From assembly GCA_013239625.1 (NCBI GenBank), contig MU054212.1, positions 2,108,001 through 2,172,000 on the forward strand: a stretch of 64,000 bases of DNA, written 5' to 3'. Under the pieces are notes generated by a model. The model had not been told where the DNA came from and did no database searches. It saw only the letters and a program-made list of their open reading frames with translations. Below, piece after piece: positions 49,371 through 61,716 of this stretch; the stretch's first letter is position 1, and each line of letters begins with the position of its first letter. This DNA comes from Lama guanicoe. Lineage: Eukaryota. The translations under genes were made by a program, and so were the position numbers.

Positions 49371-50799
49371 AACATAGTGCTCCTTCCCTTCCCTTCATGT
49401 CCCAAGTAGGAGTTAATCCATTGTGCTGAGTGACTGCTGAACCGTCAGAGCACTGCTTTGTGGAGACAAACTGGTCACATATACAGGGAGGTGGAATTGA
49501 AAAATAAGCAGGTTAATGCTTTTTATTTAAACAGCATGATATTACCTATGTAGTGTTGGGCAGCCATTTCTGGTGTTTCGTCCATTACTGTGTTAGAGTG
49601 TGAATGGGACAGGCTTATACTAGGACATTTTTGGATCTGCTTACCCATTACAATTGCTACGTAAAGAAATGCAATGCTTTTCTGAAAGAATAAGGCTGGA
49701 GGGTGACAAGTGGAAGATATGCCTGTTAAATAAATTCTTTTCTTTTTTTTTTTTTTTTTTGTGAATGCTTCCCTGACAGTGAAAAGTTAGGAGCCCTCTA
49801 AAACGAGGGTGGTAATGGTGTTAAAATCCCTGTCCTTAGCTGGCTGTGGGGAAAAACCAACCAGGTCACCTGGGTTTGTTGTGATTATGGGTGCCACGCT
49901 TCTGGCTAAGTCTATTACCAACTAGCAGGGGATCAAAGCTGAAAAGCTTTCTGTTTTTTATTTATTTATTTTTCACTTGAGATCATTTCCAAAGACTAAG
50001 AGTGAAATTTATCAAGAGGCCATTTTAAAGTAAAAAATGTAATATTTGTACGCAGGGATGTGTGTGGGTGTTACATTTGGGGCCTGCCAAACTTGACAGC
50101 GGCCTTTTAGGCTTTTCAAGAGAAAACCCTTATAGTATCAGAGCCACATTTTCTGTCAGCTCTGACAGATTTCTACATGTTAATATTCAGATTTGGTTGT
50201 ACTTTCTCCTTTATTGTTAGGCTAACTTGGTTTTTAGAGGCTTGTTGTTTTAGTATCTTTTTAATTAAATTTGAAGAGTGTCAAACCGGATTTTTAACTT
50301 TTTTGTCAAAATCAGTTTTTCACACATCTCATCGATGTGCAGGTATACCTGGCGCTGTTTACTTGTGCAAGCCTTGGGAAGCTCCATGGGATGTTTTGCC
50401 TGCCTTTGTCTCCTAGCTCAGCAAGCATCTTTGAGCTGGGTTTTTACTGCCAGGTCATGGTTGGAAAATATCAATTATTACAGAGCATGTGAACATTTGA
50501 GGAATTGTCTCCATATAGCCAAGAGGGACACGCCACTGGAGTCACGGCACTACTAAGACACTTCAACAAATAGATGAAGATTTTATGTTGATTCTTTAGG
50601 AAATGGAGAGATATGGTGAGGAGGGGGGGATGTCTGCCCCCAAGTAAATTTCTTCAGTGACTGCAAAATCTTACGTGATTTTACCAGAGGTTTCTTCTCT
50701 AATTACGAGTTATGAGAAAATAACAAAAGTACGTTAGTACTTAGCAGAGATTAAATATCTTATAAATTGCTCCAATCAAGGAGTGACTTCAGAGGTAAT

Positions 50800-50990
50800 G
50801 TATGAAGTGTCTCTGGGACTAGAAGTTAGGTTGAAATGTTGGCTCCACCAACAGTTGCTATTTGACCATAATCTTTCCAAGACTCAACTTTTTATCTGTA
50901 AAACAGGTTAATGATAGCGACCTCAGGGGATCTGTGTGATGTTTAATAGGGTAACTATATTCAGTTCCTGGCACACGCATAAGTGGAAGC
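50800..50990 (+). mobile_element. MIR fragment
   Basis: ctcaactttttatctgtaaaacaggttaatgatag..acctcagggg..cagttcctggcacac. Confidence 0.55.
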
Positions 50991-53329
50991 TATTAGCATG
51001 AAACAGTATTAAATGTTATACCTGGTTTGCAGGCCAGGACCTCATTTGTTCTCTCTTTTGATTGTCTCTCTGGAATGAAGTAGAGTAATACAGCTGTGAC
51101 CAAAATGTGCAGCTCAGGGGGTGCGCATTGCGGGGATGATGGCCTGAGCTATTCCATCTCTGGATGCACTAGTGTGTCTGCACACCTTTGCCTGGCCAGT
51201 GCCAATGACGGAGCAGCAGGGCTCGGAACACAGGCCCATTCCGGCAAAAGTCACATCTCCTCCCGTGGGCAACGTTGGCTGGAGGACTCCACAGTAACCT
51301 GACTGAACCTTTTTAAAACTCTGCTCAGTTGGAACCTCCTCCTCCCCAATCCTCCATCCTCCTGCCTCTCCTCCCACCAAGGTCAGACCTGCCCAGTTGT
51401 CGGCAAGCTCCCCTCCTGCTCCTGGTCTCTTCCCCAGCACATCTGCTGTCTTGGTGCCTCCTTCTTGGCACACCTGAACTCATCAGCAGTCCACACCTGG
51501 TTTCCAGGGACTTGTAAATTTAGAGTTCAGATTTTTAAAAGTCCAAGGAATGCTCCAGTATTAAAGCACTTTAGGCCCTAGATTTTTTTTTTAAATGGGG
51601 GAGAAGAGAGAGGACATTACCTTGCAAAAGAAAGAGAAGAACAAATAAGGTGAGAGGAGCACTCCCTGGGCCTACGTTGAGTGCCCTGCCCACTTTCCTG
51701 GTGTCAGGGGAATGCAAGGTGCAGACACTCCAGCAGGAGGCCCTTCCTTCTGGCCTCTGCCCTCCCGCACCCTCTGACATTTTTGCCACTCATTTAGCTC
51801 TGGGAAGAAGCTACAGCTTATTTTTTTCAAAGGGAAGAGATCCTACACTTGACTGAGTTCCATGAAGGCTGGGACTGCATTTTTGCTGTTTTCCTATCAG
51901 AGGGGACTCTGGTTTTTATTTGCTGTTTGTTAAAGAGACGAAACCCAAGTGGCCGCCTAAAGCCAGGAATACGAGAACTCTGGGCCACTTGCTGGACTCC
52001 TCCCCGCTGCTGGAAGGGTCCTTCTGGGCAGCCATGGACAACCTTCACGACCAAGAGGATATTAAAAACGTTGCCGCTCAATTTTTTTTTGTCTTAGTTC
52101 ATTAAACTGTTCAATTTTTGATTCTGCCCCAATTATGACGTATCTGTTTGACTTAATGCTGAAATACTTCCCTGCAGCTATGAATGGTGCCACTTTCCAT
52201 TCTCAAGTTGTATGGGATAAACATATACAGTAAGAATAATTAACAGGAGAAAGAGTCACAGGTTTTGAGACAAGGATGAGCTGTAAGAATGCATTTTATT
52301 TGGAGGCAAAACTGGACTTCCCCCTTCCTATGGGGGGTGGGGGGACTCTGGGCGGCTGGGGAGGACCACGGGCACTGACCCCGTGGAGGGGAAACAGAAT
52401 GCAGAGAGGACTCCAGAGATCAAAGATGCTTCCAGGGGTGACCTTTAGATTCACCACATGTCTGTCATGGAATTAGACATGCCGGCTGCCCCACACTTGA
52501 TTCCCTCGCCTCCCTGCTGCTCTCTGAGTTCAAACCAAAAATGCACAGGGAGGAGGCCACCAGGGGCCCAGGGAAAGCTGATGGAAAGAGGCAGCAGAGA
52601 GCAGATTTAGAACAATTCTGTTCACAAGAAGGTGCTTTCCCGAAATTCTCTGGCAGAAATAAAAAAAAAAAAATCCCTGGTATTTCACACAATCCCTTTA
52701 GGGGCAATTTTATATCACTTTGCTAAAAATTGGATATGTCTCCCTAAGTCTTCCACAGCCATTGGCTCAGCAAGAGTCTGAAGTGTTGTGGCAGTGACCC
52801 CGAGCTTTTCCCTTGCCTCATCCACTTCCCACTCACCCCCTGCCTCTATTTTTCTCTTTCATGTGGATCTATCTGTGTCTAATTTAGATGGCAAGTTCCT
52901 TACTACTGTACGTTATAGTGTCTAGCATACTGTGAGCACTCAGAAATGTTAAATGATAATAATGATAATATGAGAGCCCTAAAGGTGCCAGCTGCTTCAT
53001 TTCACTTGAGAGAAGAGGGGTTTCACTACAGACAGTAGTTTAAAAAAAATAAGGGCAGGGAGGGAGGGAGGGTGTATCAGTCTTCTGAGGCAAAGAAGGG
53101 GATAGAAAGAGAGGCTGATAGCCACTTGCAATATTTTTTAAAAAATGGATTTAAAAAAATGATCAGCTAAAACCTTGGGACATATAATAGAATTTAATGC
53201 CTGGCCTTGACCCATACTTTTCAGGCAATCTATGGGTTGCCCAAAGTTTCAAGCAAATTCGAAGCACTGATTATCCAAATGGGATGGGATATCCACTTTC
53301 AGCCGCGCCGCAAGAAAACTGCAGGGAGT

Positions 53330-53920
53330 GAAAGAGCCCGGACCTGGGCAGCAGGACCCTTGGATTCCAGTCTTGCTTCTGCAGCTACATGGCTGTATAA
53401 CATTTGTTTAATCTCGTAATTTTTTTTTGACCTGGTTTCCTATCCATAAAATGAAGGGTGGGTCCAATGGTGGGGGTGGGGGTGGGCGTGACCTTACTAA
53501 ATCATCTCTATGAATCCTTCAAGCTCTGAAATCCTATGAGTCAATGGTTAATAGGTGCATAACTTCTATCATTTTACTGAACACAGACTATATGCTAATC
53601 GCTACACAGAGAGATTTCACACACATTACCTCATGCCACACAACTCTGCAGAGCAGAGATTGTTGCTATCCCTGGTTCAGAGATGAGTAGACACCTCCCT
53701 CACAGGAACTGAGGACACCTAATAATACATTTATTAAGCACTAGCTAGCTCTCTCTCTGTATCACCTCATTTAACCCTCACAGCAAGCCTGTGAGACTAA
53801 ACAGAATTTTACAGACGAGTCTACTGAGGTACCGAGGTTGGACGTGTCCAGATTAGTGGATAGTGGAGATGCGGCTCCAACCCCATCTCTGCCCCCAAGT
53901 CCTGTACTCAGCCTCTGCCT
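53330..53920. mobile_element. Cluster of MIR/MIR3 fragments
   Basis: tttcctatccataaaatgaaggg..ccttcaagctctgaaatcctatga; ctcatttaaccctcacagcaagcctgtgag..attttacagacgag..actgagg. Confidence 0.6.
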
Positions 53921-56900
53921 ATTCATCAACTTTTGGCTGACGGTCGGCTTCACATTGTTCAGTGTGGGGAAGATTCAACACAATGGGGAGAATGCACAAG
54001 GTAGAGTAAGAGAGGTGCTGTGGTCACGACCCCAGGATGGAGAACCACCAGGCACGTCAGACAACACAAAGGGTCGTGGGTGAAATGCTGGGACCCTGAA
54101 ACTCTCAGCTCTGGTTCTAGATACCTGCATACATCTTCAGTGTGAAAGTCATTTCCTATGGTTGGGGAGCTGGGCCCGTCGGCCTGGGTTCCACCTTTTC
54201 CTGCTCCACGAGCATCTTCAGGACAAAGGCACAATGCACTCTCTTCTCTGCCCATCGTGACGATGCTCGGGGGCAGGAAATCACACAAGCTACACTCTCC
54301 ACGGTGGGCTCTTGTTTCCCATTGGACTTTGCCTGAATGGAGGGGAAAACTGACAGAAAGTGTACTTTCATGAGGGAAGGTCGAAGGGAAGGAATTTGCA
54401 CCTCCTCCTCCGCCCCTAGCCGGGTACCGCATGCTCCACCCACCCAGAGCGAGGCCAGGACGTGGTCCGCAGGGGCAACCACAGCAGCGGGTCACCCCTG
54501 GTGTCTGGCCGTCTTGTTTAGTCAAGCAGGGATAAGAGGGTGTCTCCTTCGAAAGGGTGCTCAAGGACGCCTGGACATCCTGTGTCCTTAATACAGAAAG
54601 CAACAGAACTAGGTTTGGAAAGCATAAATTTAGATTCTACAACAACCACCAAAGACAATCTACTGTCACTGCCCTCCTTGTCCACGAGACAGAAATGATA
54701 GATGCAGCTTCACAAAGAAAGACACTTGACAAATGGCAACCATAAATAGCTGGGGTGCTTAGCTTTTGTTTCCTTCCCTCTCTCCCTCCCTTCCTTCCTT
54801 CCTTCCTCTCTCCTTCCATTCTTGTCATTTGAAAAATCATTACAACATGTCCAGTTTATTTGCTATTTCTATATACACTGATAACAAACTTGAAGTTCTT
54901 TTGTTATATAGGGAAAAAAAGCAAGATGAATAATGTATATGCAGGCTTTCATTTTTGTTACTAAACCAAATTATATAGATAGACGGATAGACACAAACAC
55001 ACACAAATATACATTAAAAAAAATCCAAAAAATCAAGAACAAAAGCAGGACTTTCCCTAGAAGGGTGCAGTCCCAGAACAATGCCTACAGCAGTCCCAAG
55101 GGCTATCCTACTGTCTACATAAAAACTGTAATAAGGGGCTGTACCCCTGGCTCCCCACTCCCCGAACCACCCCAGTTGCCTGATTGAAGAAAAGGCGTGT
55201 AAATTTAGACACACAGATAGTATCTCGTATGTAAGCATGCACATACAAAGACTACTTCTGGGAGGATAAACAAAAATTGGTAACAGTAGATGCTTCTGGG
55301 ACTTCTGTATATCTTTTTGCCCTTTTTGATCTTTTTTAACCATGAGCATGTATTCTTTTTTTCTGAAAAGATCATTACAAAGCGGGGAAATAATCCAAAT
55401 ACATCATGTTTCTAATGGAGAAAAATTTATGTAATTTTTCATGGTGAGTGCTGGGTACTGGTACTGAGAACTTCTCCTTGCCCTGTAGAACATATTAATG
55501 GGAAGAAAAAACTGCGTGGAAAGAAGAGAGAAAAATCACATTTCCCAATAGCCACCTACGCTCTCATCGAGCTCCTGCTGCTTCTGTTTGCAGGAAGAGG
55601 GCCTGCCGCTGGGCTCTTCAGAGAGCAGACCATCTCCCTTCCTTTACCCTGGTCACCATGGGTTACGGATGCAGACACAGGCAGAAAGCCTACAGGTGAG
55701 GGGATGTGGGGATCGGATGCTAATCAGAATGCAAATTGCAGCCGTGAACAGAGAGCCACAGATGCATATCAGGAAGGGTCTATCCTGGAAGCACTTGACC
55801 CTCAGCCATCTGATCTGGCCTCACTGGATCTAATTGTCCCCTACAGCCCACAGAGAAAATACACTCCTTACACCATTTCCACCAGCTGACTAAGACTCCA
55901 CATAGGCGATTGGCAAAACGCAAACATTTGGAAGAGAACTTTCACAGACTTGCCTGGGGTTTTGCTTTGTGCATCCACTCGAGAGCTGTGTTGACAATCC
56001 GAACATGTAAGAATAGCAAGCATTTCTGCCACTTTTTAACCAAGCTCTATTTTCCTCTTTATGACATCCTTGAAAGCAAGTTGCCTGTCTTCTGGAGAGA
56101 GGTAAATGTGATTTATATCTGGGGGATGGCTAAATAAATTACACTCCTGGAGCAAAAGAAGGCCTTTATCAGACGCATAAAGCAGGAGTGTGCGGTGAGA
56201 GGTGGCCACGGGCGGCTACACGTGCTGTGTTTGTGCAATCACACACTTTCTGGTTTTCAGACAGTGTCCCTGACATGAGTCTGTTCCTTCTCTTCTTTAT
56301 CCTGATGGAAATTCCAGAAACAAACATAACGTTTGGTTCTGGATAAAGATGTCTGGGGAAGGCCAGGAAAGAGAGAGTGGTGGGAAGGGGGGAAAGCCAG
56401 CGCAGGAAGAGAGCATGTAATAAATGGGAGCTGGGGGAACGTGTTCCACCTGACTTAGCCAGATGCCTCTAGAGGGAAAGAAAAGGAAACGGCTAAATGC
56501 CTTTATATCCCCTGGAGTCTTCAAAGGAAGCCTGCAAAGCAGGGCATCAGGGTAATCCTCACTCATTTAATATCTGACACGTTTGCATCTGCGATGTGAG
56601 GAGTAAATTAGAATTCCTGTTGTAAGAATGGAATTTCAACTTGTAGGAGTTAGCATAGAGGTCAGGCAGCTTTATCACCACCTTATCTTATCTCACATAG
56701 TGTCCACATGACCATTTTGGGGATAGGGTGTTGTGTTCCTCCAGAGTCATTAGGAAAAGGCATAAAGAAAATGATTTGAAACTCAGCAGTCTTCTATGTG
56801 AAATGAAGGTTAGTTCCATCCCTGGCTACCATCGTCCCTTCCATGGACTGTCCAGATTCTCACTAGTAAGAGTTTAGTGGAAGTCTCAATGCAGGTGTAT

Positions 56901-59689
56901 TGTTATTTTAATTATTTAGGATGTAATTTCTGGGCCTGAGGAAGAAGGATAGCACATCTTAAAGAAAACAGACTTTTCCCCTCTAACACACTGCAACTAA
57001 ATTCTGCAAAACAGTGACGATGGATTAAATCGTATGTTTTTCAGATATTGTTAACTCTATTTTCAGAGGCAGCACTAACATTTTTGCTGCCTGGGCTTTG
57101 GGGATCCACTTGCCATGGAGATATGAAATCTAGATTTAATAAAATCATGCAGTGTGAGGTCCACACAATATTATTTTTCTTATCCTGAGTTGAACACTTT
57201 GATTATTATTCACTCTAAAGTTACCCCTGAGATACGAAATCTTCAGTATTACAATATTTACACTACTGGCCAAGGACTTCTCAAATATAGCAGCAATTAT
57301 TACCCCATTTTATAGATTAATAAAATGAGGCAAAACAGATACATTATTGGTGGAAGGAGGAAGAATCTTACACACACACACACACATACCCCAAAGGCAC
57401 CACGCTTAAAGTCTTAAAAAAATAAAGTTTATCATCTTACAGAAATGTATTTTTCTCCCAGAAAAGTGTGAACCTAAGTCAATCTGAAATTAATTACAGG
57501 TCTTACAGTGATAGTTTTATTTTTCTAATATATTTCTAATTTCATCTTTTAGAAAGTAATGATAGAATTTCTGGCTTAGATATCTGGCTTAAGTAGAAAG
57601 TCTTGAATCAATGCAGAATATGACAGAATCAAGAAATTTTAAACAAGCAAAAATTCAAAGCAGCCTGCAATGCCACTGAGATACAGACTTGGAACACATC
57701 TAAAATATTACTGATTACACCAAGCTTTTCTGGTCTCCCTAGACCTGAATAAAACACTCTCTCACATAGCAAGTACCCATTCCAATAGGCTTTTTTTTTT
57801 AATACAACATGCATCTTTGGAAATTAGCCAGACCTAGTTTCTGCCATTTATCTCAGCACTTTGATAAAAGTTGTGAATCCTTTTCCAGGTTATAAACCTC
57901 TGCCTTGTTCTGGATTCTTTAGAGCCAGCACAATTCCTATGTCTCTTTCTAGAATAATTCATAGAGGAGAATGTATTCAAAAAGGGTTAGGGAGATTTTC
58001 ATCCAAGAATATCTAGAAAGTGGATTCCTTCTGCCTGACAGCTAAGTGCATGCAAAAGTGTATCTTCCTACAACGTGATATAAGGTTCTGGTGGAGTTAG
58101 GATGCTACACTAAGTTCTACACACTTGGGCATGTTTGGGTGCAGACGTCTCCTTCCGAAGGGGTTGAGCATTTGCCTTTAGCCTGTTAAGACATTTGGGG
58201 GACAGCACTGGGTTGTTGTCCTTGCTCTAAGATGACCCAGACTGCTGACAACAGAATGAGTCAGGCAGAGTCCTGGGTAAGTTTCTCAACACCATCCAGA
58301 CCGAGAGGAAGAGAGGTTTCCCAGGAGTCTGAAGGAAGAGCAAGGAGAGGACTTCTGGCTACCTCTCGTTAGTTTGAAGGGTAATCACCACTCTTTTCTT
58401 TCTTCCCTGCTACTGCCTACCTTTTGGCCATTTCACTGTTCATTAGCACCTCCACAGAGGGTGGCAGAGAGAAGGAGAGAAGATGAAACTCAAATTCATC
58501 CGTTCAAGGTGCTAATTCCTGACTTTCACACCAGGCTAAATTGCTTGGACATGTTATTGGACAATTTCAAGTTGTTTTTCTAAACTCTCTGGTCTATCAG
58601 TGAATTTTGTGATTGTACACTTTTTCAAAGAACTGAAGCATTTTTGTCCAATTTCCCTGGCAGCTCAAAGGGAGAATTTTGAATATGACAAGACTTGAAT
58701 ATCCTATTTCCCTAAGACAGCTAAAGCTAACTCTAATTTTTCTGTGTTAATGGAGCTAAGGAGTAGGATTGAAAATTTAAATTAAGAAAAAGAAAAATAC
58801 TGTATTTTTGAAGCCCCTTCTCTTGTTACAGCTTACACTGAAAGCCACCACCATAGTGAAAAAGATTCGAGTTTAATTTAACTTAAATATTCTCTGGTGG
58901 AGATGCTAATAAGCAACCAAATGACCTAAAGCCAGAGAGCAGGAGGGGGACAGGCAAGAAGCAAAGTGCTTGTTAAACTCGCACATTGGATCATTAACCC
59001 TTGAATAACTGAGAGTTGGTTGGAAATAATTCATGCTGTGTTTGTCTTAAAAAAGTCATGAATTGCCACAGCCAATTGCATTGAACAAGCAGCAATACAC
59101 TTGCTAAGAGGCGATGTCAATACGGTAACGTAATCCTTATCTGGGATAATAGGGCATGTAGACAACATGGATAATTAAAAGGCACAAATAATTCCAAGAC
59201 CTGACATGAAGTGATAGTTGCAACTGCTTTTTCACGAGGCTGCTAACAAACACCAATATTCACTCAGGTTTATTTCTTTTCTCACCTCTCAACACCAAGA
59301 GGGATGGAAGTATAAATAAGCCACAATGACCTGAAGAAGAATAGAAACAAAAGAGAAAAAGGATAAATAAAGTAAAGGATAGTTCACACTATTGAGTAGT
59401 GGCCCCTGAAAGGCTGACAGATGACTGGACTGAATTTGCATCAAGTCGTGGTATCACTGTGTAATTTGCTTTGATGGAACAAAGAACCACTGTAAGCCTC
59501 ATAGGAGTAATATTTTCCATTGCTTTAAGGTTTATGGATTTGAACTTTCAAGACCTGTGGTCCCGAGGCTGTTTATTTTCTCCTATATCCTTGGCCTGCA
59601 ATTATGGTAAACTCCAACCCCAAGGCCTGGATGAAGGCACACACATTCACCTGGTGACACTTTACCTATTCTCAAGATAAGCACATAGA

Positions 59690-59900
59690 GGGAGTGAGCA
59701 TGGAAAATAGCATCAAATTTGAAATTCATGGACTCAGTTTCAGGTTCTGGGGCCACTACTTTTTTGTGGGCTGCTAACAAAGTCACTTAAATGTTTTGAG
59801 CCTTAATTTGCTTGTAAGTAAAACTGGGAAAATAATATCCCACAGGATTACTGTGTGGATAAAATAAGATGATATACGTGTAAGTGTGATTTATAAATAG
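59690..59900 (+). mobile_element. MIR SINE
   Basis: caaagtcacttaaatgttttgagccttaatttgc..gtaaaactgggaaaataatat..cacaggattactgtgtggataaaataagatgat. Confidence 0.65.
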
Positions 59901-59971
59901 AACTGCTATATAAATCTTAGTAGACACTGTAAAGAGGAAAAATTATCTGATATATCAAGTGAACAGCTCCC

Positions 59972-60151
59972 ATGCTTCTCAGATTCTAAATGTGTATTTG
60001 GGAAATTTGATTAAGATGAAGATCCTATGGCCCATCACCAGAAATTCTGATTCAGGAGGTCTGAAGTGGGACCCAGGCAGATTTGTTTTCAACAACTGTC
60101 CGGGTGTTTCTGCTTCAGGTGACCCATGGACCACCCTTTCAGAAACACTGC
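59972..60151. mobile_element. MER5-family hAT-Charlie MITE
   Basis: ccagaaattctgattcaggaggtctgaagtgggacccagg..tttcaacaa..ggaccaccctttcagaaacactg. Confidence 0.7.
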
Positions 60152-61517
60152 TATGACCCACCAATTGACATATTCTGGCAAGAGTGACAAAAATGAGAGG
60201 GGAGCAATTTCTAAAAACTATATAGAACAATGCTACTCTTCTCCCATTTACATAAGCCACTGCTCTGCCATCACATTTAAGCTGCAATCTACAACATTGC
60301 CCCAATCAGTTCTTGGGAGAATGGGCATAGCAACTCTCTCATCTCTATACTGGCTTTAGGAATCTATTACCTTCCTTTCTGTGGTTCTTTGCCCCACTCC
60401 CTAGAGTACCTTTCCTCTGTACCAAGGAGGGGTAAGCACTCACTCAAAATCTGTCTTCACCTACAGGTTTTCACTCTCTTAAATTTTCCAGCCTTCCTCA
60501 CCTCTCCACATTTTCCTGTGAATAGCTTGTAGATGTCATTGAAAGGATGCTGAATTAGGTCAAATGAATCATCAATTCCAGATAGCACAAACAGTGTCAA
60601 AGAGATAAATGAAATATTTGAATGATATGTAGGAGATAACTGGGAACTCTGCAAAAATAAGTGTCTACACATTATGTCAACTATGATTCTTGCCTTCTTT
60701 ATGACCCTGATCTTGCTTCCTTGGGAAGAGTCACAGGAATGCACCCAGCAAGTTAGAAGAGCAGGGAAGAGGAACTTGGCTTACCGTATTTTAAACATCT
60801 GCACACCCTGCTCTATGCATTGTTCCACGTGGTTGTCAGGAGCTGTGATCGTGTCCTCTATAGTGATGGGCTCCTCAGTTATACCAATGAGAAATTATCA
60901 GTTATAGAGTTATCAGTTATATACCTGAATCTGCATAGGGGTCAATTTTACTTGAATCTGCATAGGGGTCATTTTTACTACAACCGGTCAATATTCCTGC
61001 TTTCCTAATGAAACAAAATTGAAGTTCAGTCTGGGTCCAGGCTACCTTCTCACTGCTTGCTATGTGCAAATGCAAGAGACTTATACATGTGTGCAAAGAC
61101 TTGTGCTCTCCACGGAAAGTTCCTTTATGGCTAAGGAGTCACAGTCTTGGGAGCCAGTACTGAAGCTAATCTTCCAAAAGAAAAATCTACTCTGTGTCTT
61201 GGGTGTTCTTTATTCCCCTCTACTTTTCTTTTAAGCTTAAAATAAAATAAAAAGTATTGATTTTCATAACTTCATTTTTCAAAGTATGATCCACATATTT
61301 CAGAAAATCTAGTCCACAGATTTTAATAAGAATTCCTAGAGAACTGGATTTGTCAGACTCAACTCACTTTTTAAGGTAATTGTTGGAAATACATACTTTT
61401 GCCTACGTCTTGATTAAAGACATCACAACGACTTGTCAGTTTATTAACATCATTTAAATTATTCATCCCCAAATTAAAACATTAGGTATAAAATTACAGT
61501 GCTTTGGAGATCCCCCC

Positions 61518-61641
61518 AGAGAAAAAAATGTGACAATGAATATATATATGTTCATGTACAACTGAAAAATTGTGCTGTACACTGGAATTTGACACAACAT
61601 TGTAAAATGATTATAAATCAATAAAAAATGTTTTTAAAAAA
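61518..61641 (+). mobile_element. Short 5'-truncated young L1 3' end (camelid-type)
   Basis: gtgacaatgaatatatatatgttcatgtacaactgaaaaattgtgctgtacactggaatttgacacaacattgtaaaatgattataaatcaataaaaaa: an L1 3' terminus with AATAAA and an A tail. The lineage assignment is from recall. Confidence 0.65.
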
Positions 61642-61716
61642 CCCAGAAATTATGAAATTATGAAAAGAAATATTTCAAAACTAAAATAGTTAAAGTACAT
61701 AAGAAAAATATATTAG

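Noticed and set aside
53959..54603. 214-aa minus-strand ORF
   Set aside because: Non-ATG start, no recognisable domain, locally GC-rich intergenic sequence and no convincing exon structure.
60926..60979. CRISPR-like direct repeats
   Set aside because: Only two abutting copies with no spacer, in a mammalian genome with no cas genes.
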